The notes under the pieces were generated by a model. It did not search any database and was not told the origin of the DNA. It saw only the letters and a list, made by a program, of their open reading frames with translations. Below are positions 1-10,668 of a stretch of 64,000 nt of DNA, piece by piece (within the stretch, counting starts at the first letter, position 1; each line of letters begins with the position of its first letter). The DNA is from Phoronis australis (taxonomy: Eukaryota; Animalia; Phoronida). Both the position numbers and the translations under genes were made by a program. The DNA lies in contig NMRA01000090.1 of the NCBI GenBank assembly GCA_002633005.1, positions 633,986 to 697,985 on the forward strand, given 5' to 3'.

Positions 1-1659
1 AAATATCAAAATCGTTGCTACAGTTTTGTAAATTATCAATTCGTTTTCGTGTTTTGCTTCGTTTGAGTTGTTCGGGAAAATTGTAAAAGTCCTATTTTGA
101 TGCAAATATTGAACATTTCAAAAAATTATTTTTAACAGCATTTTAAAAATCCGTGCATAAAGCGTAGTGTGTGGAACTTAATGGAATTAACTAAATTAGG
201 GTTTTACATAATATTGATCATTTTACTCTGATCTCATACCTACTATAGTATTCAATTCCATGACCAGCTCAAGTCAGAGCATCGCGTACATTTTTTGAAA
301 TGTCCATAAACTCCGAAACGTTTTGAGAAACATTGGTGGTTTCGTTACTCTTGTTGGTAGCGAAAAGAGAATTCTGTCACGGTAAGGAATGTTATGAAGA
401 TCAATGAGAACTCGAGAACGGAAGATGCCCGTCCCTTATAAAAATATATACAAATTCATGATCGGATGAATAAACGCCTCGATCAACCATAGACTATTAC
501 CGAGTATCTACTGGAGAACAAACAAAAAGTGAAAGAAAACACCTCCATATTGGTTCACAAATATGTCTTATTTTTTTACTTTATAATACTTGATGTGAAT
601 TAACAATTAAACATGGAACATAGGCGGGTGTCAGCGTGACGTATCGACACGTGACCTACAACTGAGAAGCCAGGAACTTAACACTAGACAACTAGTGAAC
701 ACAGAGAGAGACTTGGCAAAGGTAACTTGATAATAAGCGTGACCTAACTGCGTTTATCGGAACTGTCCGTTCCTCGTTGTTCATTAAGTTACTTGTCACG
801 GCGGGTTAGTTTCAGTTTCTGAAGAAGGACGGTATTTAGGGGAATTCCAGGCGTTTTACAATGACCATTTCGATTTCCAACAGAACATGTAAATGCATAT
901 GAAGAGCAGTACACCTGTGGAGATTAGTTATTTTATACAACAACATCGGGACTCTCCAATGTCTGTGCTCGACATTCGATTAGAAATTTGACCAAATGCA
1001 TGTTACGCTTCGACTCAGTTGATACATTTGTACTGAAATCATAAGTTGCGACTTGTTAAATTTCGAACCTGAATTTGAGAACAGACATAGCAGATATGAA
1101 ATAATTTACAGCAGATTTCACAGCTACGGTACAGAGAATGGTGAAGATTAATCCGGTGCTGGGGTAACAACACGGTGTATAGCGGCTTTAAGCAAACGTT
1201 TAATGTATCTGAACTAAAAAATCACCTACAATAATGCAGATAAATGACAACGTAACTGGCACTGCCTCCAGTCTTTGTGTTATAGCACCTGTTAACTGTT
1301 GTCACGATTCCCACCCAATGAAAGTTGTCCAAAAACAACAAAAAGGAATCTGTATTGCTGTATATACATGGTCGTCTAACAACAACAACTATCAGCTGAC
1401 AGAATTCATGTTTTTATGTAAAACCTAATTTATATTGTTGTTACATTTAACTAGACAACACAATCCGAAAATAACTTAGATCGACAATCTTCAGTAATGC
1501 ACAGGATATCCTCCATTCACACAACTCTGGCTTCGCCACCTTTGGTCTGTGTCGAGGAAACTAATGGATGACAGATGGATGTTTTCTGTGGATTTTTGTC
1601 ACACAAGACACAGAGCTCTGCAAAAGTATTGCAGCACCTCTTGACTGTTCTCTTCACTG

Positions 1660-4600
1660 TCAATGGGATGATGGCGATGATATTGCTGACCACGGCACTT
1701 GGCCAAATACACTCATGTTTTCAGAGAGACAGGAACTTCGTCTTCTGCTTGGAACTTTCACCTCACTATCGAACTTCCTTGGCACCATGTTGCTGGGAGA
1801 GTCCCCTGAAATGAGTCGAGCCTATCTTATCACCATAACAATTGGGATTTTGTCATCTTTGGCAGGCTGGCCCAGTGAAGTTGCAATCAACTGGATAACA
1901 CTTGAAAATGGCAGTTGCGATACAAGTAACACACTGTTTCAAAATGGCTGAAAATCTGACGATGAAGAACGTTTAGTGCCCAAGGTAATTCCTATGACTG
2001 TTGCTGATTGGTTGATAATAGGCCAAGACGCAGCTGATTGGATTATTATGGGGCGACAGTCATTTTTTATTGGTTACCTCCAAGGTAAATGGCCTTATCC
2101 GGGTTATAAATATGTTTAAAGACATTTTGTGCAGGGTTACGATCCAAATAAAAAATAATTACTTGCGGTCTAATTTACGTTGTATCCGACGTGCACAGGC
2201 TACTCAGGTAGGACAATTGCATTGATCACTTGTAACATTTTTATTTGTTAAAACCGATTCGAGGATTGTAACAGCATGCCAAAGTGAGACTCGCATCTAC
2301 AGCCTTGAGTAAAGAAAGCGAACATTTACCGCACTAGGCCAAACTACGTTACAAATAGTCGTGGTTTGAATTGCTTACATCACAGAAATTCGTTAAGAGA
2401 CCACGATTCGTTTTCTTAAATAAAATAATATAATATAATAATAATTTTGATATAGTATCTACAAAGGCGGACGCAAAGGCGGAACCAACCCTTTAGGAAA
2501 CGGAGGGGAACAAGAAAAACGAGAAGTTCATGAATAAAGTTACATGTCGCCAACAATGAAAAGAAAATCCATAATACAGTGTAATTAAGTGTCCGAATCT
2601 CTGAGGTCAGAGGTCTGTAGAAATGGAAAACTAGAAATCGTCCATTTTCCAGTGTTTTTTGTTGGCTGCTTTGACTACTTAAATGGGGTGTAGATCCTTG
2701 GACCTTCCCCTGAGATGTCGCCTATGAACCACCACTACAAAGTAATAGTTTGTTACCTTACTCAACGCACAAGTTTGGAGAAAGGCTGCCACACCAACGT
2801 GCGTTGTTAACGTTTGAGGCTATTAAGTCAACGGCATTGATGAGTGACCGTCCACCTAAACTCATAGGACCTACGTAGTTTGAGGCACATTGAACATGTG
2901 TGACTTGTATTTTTTATCTTTCAGGTGAAGTTTCAGTTGCATTATAGCAATTGACGTTGTGACAGTTTTGTTGAAATCATCAGAAAAGAACTTCTAACTG
3001 ATATTCCCCTAATTCCAAGAATCATTCAGCGCAACCAATCACAACAGGTAAAGAATATTACGATTCAGCAGTGAAACTGGCAATGATATTGATATCGACA
3101 TGAATTTGTTGATCTTACTGGACTCTTCTGCAATTGTGGGTACTGAATTTCTTGGCGACTCAGGAATAGTAGGGATAGACGGTCGTCGCGATGCTGATGC
3201 TAAGTAGAGTTCACTTTGAATTGACGGTGTCGGTGTCATGACAAATGAGTCCCTCCTGAATGGCACGTCATCAGGTCTTGGCGTCCACGTGTTCTTCCTG
3301 CGCACGCCATAATACGGAGTGCCGTCAGCGGCGCCACATCGGATGGACTCTCTTTTCAGAAGACTCGATCTCGGAGGTTTGTAATGGGGATTCATGAGCG
3401 ATGGACGCCTTTCTCGAGGTGCATTGTGATTTCCAAAAGGGCTTACTTTTGGACTGAAATGGATATATAAAATATAACAACTGTTTACCCACAGTGTAGC
3501 TTGCTTTGCCATCTACTGTCGCTGTGTGCCGCGCTTTTAAGCTGTAGAACACGTTTCATGTAGTGAATTTAAGGAGCATAAAGTTAAAACGGATTACGGG
3601 CACAGCGGCATGACACATATGTGTGCGTAGGTATAACGTCACCAGCTTTTAACAACTTAGTAACTACATGTAGGCCAAATGTATGGCTCGGTGGGACTTT
3701 AAAAGCGAGAGTAAAAAACACGGTTTGATTTCACAACTTCAGGCGAGTTTTAATTTTCCTGAAGCTATGAAATCAAACTTTAAAGTATGTGGTAGAATTC
3801 ACATATCCATTGTTGCATTTCAAAGAATCTGAATTTGTTATTTTGGTTCGTGAAATCTATCCTGTGTTGGTTTACTGAACTACTCACAGCCTGCTGTTCC
3901 TTGGATCGAACGTGCAGCAACAACAGGTCAGGCAGACTGAGAACAACGTAACACAGAGGGCAGCACCAGCGATAATGGCCACGATCTCCCACATCTTCAG
4001 TCTCGATGGAGCGGTAGTCGGCAACACAGGCTTCCCCTTCAATACACACCATAATTAGTAAATTTATAGACAGCATACGCACACACATCGCATGGCCAGA
4101 GTTGAATAAGAAGTTTCTTTACAGTATCTTTTGAACGATCCTTCTAGAAGAACTAGGCTTCGTTTCATGAAAGTTAAAAGTCTTAAGTTTGCTTGTTGAC
4201 ACGACGCCAACAGCATTGTTCAACAAGCGCAACGTGACACGTGATTGAATGACGTCATTGTTACATTACATTTATTCTGGTCTGAGTTAAAGATGCAGCC
4301 TCATTTAATTGTGAATATGCAAATGAAGTACTAATTTATAAACAACCCCGGGTCCTCCAGTGTGCCGGAACCCATCCGTGAACCAATTACCATTACAATC
4401 TTGCGAAAGTCTCGTTTTGCGAGATAATTTTCATGTAAACGAGTATGGTCATAATTCATCGTTACCCCACCAATGTTTCATGGTACAATTTTTATTATTA
4501 ATTTAATACTGTCAAATAACGATTGCATAATATTTAGAATTACTAGAGCTCAAACTTGTTGTAGTATTATGTTTTCTTTAAAACCGACATCAATATTGTT

Positions 4601-7600
4601 TCTTTCCTGATCATACTTGTACACACAGTTCTCCAGGAAGTCAGTAGATGGTGCTTGTTACATTTCTAAACAATCACAGTTTTAATAAGACATAGCATCT
4701 TTAAGTATAAAATAGTTTCACGAAACGGAGCCCATGTCTAACGGGTAGATACCCTAAAGCTGTAGCGTAATCAATTCTGGGTAATAGGTCCGTACTGTTG
4801 TTCTGTAGATATATTTTGTAAGAAAAGCAAGACTTTGCTAACCTCACAAAATCACGCGAGTGAAAGGCAAGTTTTCGCGAGTTTGCTTAAGACCTTGCCA
4901 TCGTAAGCAAGCAAATCGCGGTTACGTGTATGACCGCTGAGGTTGACATGATGAATTATGGAATTGCATTTATTAAAACATCCGATAGAATTCACTTTTT
5001 TGTTCCATAACCGACGATTCCCGCCGAAGAAATTGCGTTTACAAAACGCAATCTAGGTTTCACAAAAAACGAATAACGAGACGTGTTATATAAGGCACCT
5101 AAAACAGAAGAAAGACGTACCATAGGTGTTATGGACGCTTTAGCGTCTCGATCGGTTAGATGCATAACGAGCAACGAGTGAGTGGTCAAGAGCCCTGCGC
5201 CAGTGTTGGAGTATATTTCCTTGACGATGAAATATATCTGAAAAAGCGATCATAAATAGGCAAGAAAGCATGAATTATAAATAAAAGTGAATCATTAAAA
5301 TGTTATTCGAAATGTGATTGGCAGATACGCCTTTGATTGGCACCTCTCCGAACGATATCGCTTAACGGATATTTACAAAAGATATCTAAAGCCTTGCTCC
5401 TATTTATGAAGTGCCATCACGTGTTTCACTGTTTTCAGATTTATGTTTATTCAGTTTGAATGTACAATTTCCCATACTTAGCACTGTACAGCATCCTGGT
5501 GATATATGTTTGCAAGGCTGAATTTAAACAATTTAAACAGATCTGACTACCTTGTCCTCTGCCGAGTCGTTGGACCTTGTGATGTAAGTCAGTTCACCTT
5601 TCCTTGTTAGGGTTACATTTCCATACAAAGGTTTGGGTTTATACTCATCCAATGCGAACTCAATATTATCCCCTTCGTTGTCTTGAGCAAAAAGGGTTAC
5701 TTCAAAAGTACCTTAAAATAATAATTATTTTCAGTGTTTGAGTGTTTGATTACTTCATCTTCACTCCATTGAAACATTAAAATCTATACTGTTGACATAT
5801 GAAGTCATGCTACACACATCTCGCGTTTTATGCCTGCGAGTACTTTGGGAAAGCCCAGTCACATATACTGGTTTTCACCCACGAATCTATCATAACTGTT
5901 ATAATTATGAAAGAAAACACTTCCGTAAGCACAGAAACAATTTTCGGTCCGAGTTATTTCAACAAGGAAATGACGTCACTGGTGCCCGATGTAGAGCCGC
6001 TAGAGTTGGAGCCGGCGTGACGTTAAATTCCACGTTACATGGGTAACATCAATGTATCAAAGGTGAGTAAAAGGACGTGGAATAAACATAGTTGATCATG
6101 TAATTTGAATTTGGAACAGCAGATGGTATGAACGGATGGGAAATGGACGTTCAAACTGGAAACACTGGCCTAAAAACGCAAAGGTCGGACAAAAAATGCA
6201 AGACGGTCTCAAAATGCGAAGGTCAGAGGGGCAATGGGAAGGGCTGTGATGGGAAGGAGGAATTATGTTTCTTTCATTTTCTGTTCTCTGGTCGTCTTAC
6301 ACATTGTCTACTTTCAAAGTAAATATGTTATCCACTTTCTGCCACAGTGGCTTAGCTAATGTGTGCCTCTGCAAGAAAATTTAGGGAATTATAGTTAATG
6401 TAAAATAAAATCAGCGCCTGAAAAGGCATTGCTCTGCCTTCATTGTTCGCAGCAGAAATGGCAGTGTTAACAATGTCTACTTTAAGAAATGATATTCACT
6501 ATTTCAAAGGTGGGCTCACTGGTACATTTAAGATGGCGTGAGTTCGAAAAAAGTCCACGAAAGCGTGCATCAATAGCTGCATGTTGAGCCTCTTGGCAAA
6601 GAATGGCATACTTTAATAACTAGTTCCTTCCCATTCCTCTTCAATACTTCGCATCTTATCACCACCATATTAGTCAGAGAAGGCAGTGTAGTCTAGTGGG
6701 TTAGGTGCTTGCTTTCTTTACTCGAGATCGTAGGTTCGAGTCCCACTGCTTCACACTGCCAAACTCTCGAGTCAGGTTTCTAGGTTCTCGGCTCAGTTTT
6801 AACTATATATTAATAAAGCATAAAAATGGTTTCAGGTGATCAGTGCAATGGGCCCACATGCGCTGCCTGCAATTATTTTTTATCGGGTTAGTCAGCCTAC
6901 GAAACTAGGATACGTGTTGCGGTTCTATAGTGGTAAGGTGTCACTACTAATACCTGGTCCACTTAAGTATTTATGACCTAAAGAAATGTGATTAGAACTG
7001 AACCGGCATTGCTAGGATTGCAATTAAGTTTAAACATGGCCCCAGGCTTAGAGAAATTCCCCGTAACACAACGACATACATGTACAGAAAACTTTGAATT
7101 CTTATGAAGCCACAGCACAAGTTAAATTCGTTTGGGTGTCATTGGTCTAGACGAGTCTGTGTTTACTTCTTCTCGTTATTTACTGTTCATTTTAATTATT
7201 GCTATTGTTGTACAGAGTAACTTCAATGGCCGATGTGGCAATCGTGTAAGCCGCACCTTTTCCAGTCAGTTTCATAGCAGGTGGTGACGTCACTACAGGC
7301 GGAGTGTTTATGTTTCGTTTCCAACGGAGGTGAATTAGGCCGTGTTGATCTGTGCGGAGATTAGACACCTGATAAAAGATAGCACATTTAGTTTCAAAAA
7401 AGTGCGACATAGGAGGTGAGAAAAGGTTTTGTTGGTTAAAAATTAAACAGTGTGGAATACTTAGAACTTATATTATACCGCAAAGCACCAACAAACCTGG
7501 GTTCCGTTAAAAACTGATTTTTCATTTAGACTCCTTACTCCTATAGAATCGGTATTAAGATCTCCTTTATTAAGGTAATCAGTGATTGTCGTACTGAAAA

Positions 7601-9071
7601 AAAGAATCTAATTCGTTAGTCATCGAGACCATCCTCAGTAAATAAAACGGCATGCCGGGACAAGTCAACATGTAGAGCCTGGTCTCAAACAATTACAAAG
7701 TGTCAGTTTTTTCAAGCCCAGAAACCACATCTGTTTCATTTAAGGAGGAATTCTATACAAATTTCGCAACTGTAAGTGAACTAATTGAAAAAATAGTGTA
7801 TTTATAGCCACTATCCTTTAGGCTGCCAGTACCGACGGATTAGGTTTTACAACATTCTAAAGGTAGATCGAGGGTAACCAAGCACACTGTTTAGTTATTT
7901 ATTTTTTATTAATGTAATATTTACAATGAGGGTAGCCCCATCAGTTCACACTGCTTTCCATGGGAGCCCTCAGTAAAAATAAACAGATAGTAAGACAAAA
8001 ACAGAATTACACAATGAAAGACAAATTTAAGTAATAAGCAAAGAATAAGAAATTAACATGGAAAGACTGATGAAGCAAAATAAAAATAAAATATGATAAA
8101 CAAAAAATAAAGAAATTAAGTCAAGATTTGGCATCTGCAGTTCCATAAAAAGGGCCCGCTGTAGTGAAATGATTTTTCCCAGTCTCACTTCTGCGTTTAG
8201 GAAGATTGAAATCAGATGATGATGAGGATCCAGTATTGTAGCGATTAGTAGTCATCTTAAACTTAGCAAATAAGTGAGACCTGACAAGACATTTAAAACA
8301 TTTGTACATAAAACAAGCAGATATCATGTTATTTGATGCACAAAATGAATGTGACTTTACCAAAGCGTAGAGGGTTGTGAGCGTGTGATAACATTTAGCT
8401 CCTTTGTTAACTGTCAAGCAAAGTCTTTTGTTTGGTATGACAACAGGCAGGCCAATTATCTACCACGCTTACTACAGACCACGTGTGAACTCAAACCCAG
8501 ACCAAATTGGTACGTTCGGAAGGAATAGATTGTCGTAACTTCGGTTGTACATGTAGTTGGGCGATTTTGGCGATTCAAAAACTAAACATGATCAGCATTT
8601 GACGAGGAATTCAGACATGCTATTGGTTCATGTTCAAATATGTTGTAACATAACTTTTTTAACAGCAAAGCCCAGTCAGGCTAGATACGATCTTATTGGA
8701 GATTAGAACAATTATCGAACAAAAGAGAGCTGTCCCTCTTACCGTAAATTTGAGAATGGGGTTAATCAGTCGTGTAAGATATTGGCTGCAGTGGTCATCT
8801 TCCCAACTTATTGTTGGGCTTGAGAATCGAACAAGTTTGGAAACAAACAGGAAAACGTCGTCATGATTATTTAAAACCGTAATAAAACTGTATAGCTATT
8901 TTTATAGCGCTTTAACTGCAAGTCTACGCAAGTCATTTAACTTACCCCAGAAGTAGTTGCCTTCCCTTCTGTCCTGCTATCAAAGAGTCTTATCCCAGTA
9001 ACATTTGTACATGAGCACAATACAATTTCAAAGATTGCAACCAAGAATATTTCGTTAGACCGAACAGCCAT
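1660..9071 (-). CDS. Uncharacterised type-I membrane protein (about 432 aa): signal peptide, cadherin-like/Big_9-like extracellular domain, TM, Cys cluster, basic Ser-rich cytoplasmic tail
   Basis: Eight GT-AG exons chain in phase with no internal stop: 9071-8946 (MAVRSNEIFLVAIFEIVLCSCTNVTG, signal peptide), 8895-8743, 7368-7257 (..NINTPPVV..), 5711-5551 (GTFEVTLFAQDNEGDNIEFALDEYKPKPLYGNVTLTRKGELTY), 5237-5121, 4036-3888 (TM WEIVAIIAGAALCVTLFSVCLT then CCCC), 3453-3119 and 1805-1660 (TGA). Total 1299 nt = 433 codons. The 50-nt intron 8896-8945 and the last exon are the least certain parts. Confidence 0.8.
2191..2348 (-). mobile_element. tRNA-derived SINE, degenerate copy (family A)
   Basis: Aligns by eye with 62637-62833 (gagtaaagaaagcg, ttaaaaccga, tgatcac(t/c)tg). 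B-box remnant reads gtagatgcgagtctcac on the minus strand. Confidence 0.65.
6680..6870 (+). mobile_element. tRNA-derived SINE (family A)
   Basis: Pol III A-box tagtctagtgg and B-box ggttcgagtccc, followed by a non-tRNA body ending ggtgatcagtgcaatgggcccacatgcg. An inverted homologue lies at 62637-62833. Confidence 0.8.
7600..7821 (+). mobile_element. Non-autonomous DNA-transposon-like interspersed repeat fragment
   Basis: Shares tgtagag..tggtctc, tttt(t/c)caagcccagaa..acatct and tttatagcc..ttag with 22000-22218. Confidence 0.55.
7890..8420 (-). mobile_element. 5'-truncated LINE (L2/CR1-group) 3' end, in an intron
   Basis: Minus-strand translation ..RYNTGSSSSSDFNLPKRRSETGKNHF.. resembles the post-RT C-terminus of L2/CR1 ORF2 (YNTR..L.lP..r...gk..F). 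It is followed by a 3'UTR stem (gagggctcccatggaaagcagt..actgatggggctaccctc) and an A-rich tail (aataaaaaaataaataa). Confidence 0.7.
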
Positions 9072-9602
9072 TTCATTGCCTGCCACACTAAACTGTGTAC
9101 GCTGCAAGTCAAGTATTTCTTAATTTACACAGTTTGGCGGTTTGTTTTGCAAACTTGTGCTGTAAAAATATCTTATCTTTGTTACCGTTGCCAAGGAAGC
9201 ATGTAATCTGGTGAAGCCAACGAAAAGTATCAAGTCTCATTATATTGAATAAAATCGTAACTTTTTGCGTCAGAATTTTAGTTCCCGGCGTTTTGCTAAA
9301 TAAGCAGATATTGTGCATGTCGATACTGTTAAAGTAATCCAATTATTTGTATGACGAGGTTGATTCCAAATTCATTGAAGATCCATATACATGTAGCTGA
9401 ATAAGGTACTGTTGCAGTTCGCATACCACAAATGTTGTTTGTTATCCTTACAAATAACCTGAAGAAGGTCACGTTCACAATATTTATTTGGCTCATCCAT
9501 TTTTCAACGTTAAAAGATGGACATTCTCGTTTTAGCAAGGTAGGTAAAAGCTTGTGCGTATGCGTGTTTGTCTGTTCTTACTGATAGTGACTCCACCTAT
9601 CG

Positions 9603-10573
9603 TTACACCCGTGTCTGGTATTTCTTCCAGAGAAATGCTCCCAGTGCGGTCAGAGCCAGTCCACTTATTATAAGCGCAATGGTCAAACCAGAGCCGGACG
9701 AAGGCTCTTCCTTTGTTTCTTCTCCAGATGTCTTTATTTCTTGCACTGCTTTTTTGTTGTCCTCCGCCTCTTTTGTTTTTGCTTCTACTGCTGACATGTC
9801 AAAGTCACTTTTAATATCTTGGTCGTTAATGGCATCGGGTTTGGATGTGGGGTGGTGGACCTTCGCTTTGGGTATGACTTTTAAGTTGACGTGTACACCA
9901 GCTGCCTTGAACTTGGCAACGCAATTTGAATGTGTTAAGTTCAGTAAAGACTGTCCGTTCACTTCAACAATCTTATCACCCTCCTTTAATTGTCCGTTAA
10001 GGTAGGCTGCTCCGTCTTTGTGAATTTTAGTAATGAATATACCCGAATCATGTTTATAGTAAGGGTGGTCTGTTCCGCCACGTATATTAAAACCAAGGCC
10101 TGTGCTAAGGCGGTTTAGTTGGATGTNTTTGTTTCTTCTCCAGATGTCTGTATTTCTTGCACTGCTTTTTTGTTGTCCTCCGCCTCTTTTGTTTTTGCTT
10201 CTACTGCTGACATGTCAAAGTCACTTTTAATATCTTGGTCGTTAATGGCATCGGGTTTGGATGTGGGGTGGTGGACCTTCGCTTTGGGTATGACTTTTAA
10301 TTTGACGTTTACACCAGCTGCCTTGAACTTGGCAACGCAATTTGAATGTGTTAAGTTCAGTAAAGACTGTCCGTTCACTTCAACAATCTTATCACCCTCC
10401 TTTAATTGTCCGTTAAGGTAGGCTGCTCCGTCTTTGTGGATTTTAGTAATGAAAATACCCGAATCATGTTTATAGTAAGGGTGGTCTGTTCCGCCACGTA
10501 TATTAAAACCAAGGCCTGTGCTAAGGCGGTTTAGTTGGATGTCAATGAAGTCAGAAGGTAGATAACTATCCAT
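9603..10573 (-). CDS. SYNJ2BP: Synaptojanin-2-binding protein / OMP25-like: single PDZ domain plus C-terminal tail anchor, 184 aa after collapsing the assembly duplication
   Basis: [68 protein letters not shown] matches the SYNJ2BP PDZ signature (GLGFNI.GG.D..Y...DSGI). The C-terminal [22 protein letters not shown] is followed by KKYQTRV*. The CDS is intronless; joining 10573-10128 to 9711-9603 gives 555 nt in frame. Confidence 0.9.
9712..10542. repeat. 415-bp direct duplication around N at 10127, probably uncollapsed haplotypes
   Basis: 9712-10126 and 10128-10542 are the same length, differ at about 5 positions, and abut a single N. Confidence 0.85.
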
Positions 10574-10638
10574 GCCAATATCTTTGATGTAAGTTCCCAA
10601 GATGTTTCTCTGGGCAATGCTGCAGGTGACACAGAAGG

Positions 10639-10668
10639 TAACGTCATATTTACGTTGATATGACGTCA
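10639..10668. promoter_or_regulatory. CRE/ATF site(s) upstream of the SYNJ2BP-like gene
   Basis: Perfect palindrome TGACGTCA at 10661-10668 and near-site TAACGTCA at 10639-10646, about 65-95 bp upstream of the ATG. Confidence 0.4.

Noticed and set aside
6680-6760. Functional tRNA gene
   Set aside because: A and B boxes are present but the stems are imperfect and it continues into a body shared with other dispersed copies, so it is a SINE.
9712-10542. Tandem double-PDZ gene or recent gene duplication
   Set aside because: The copies abut exactly at a single N and differ by about 1%, the typical signature of a scaffolding overlap of alleles.
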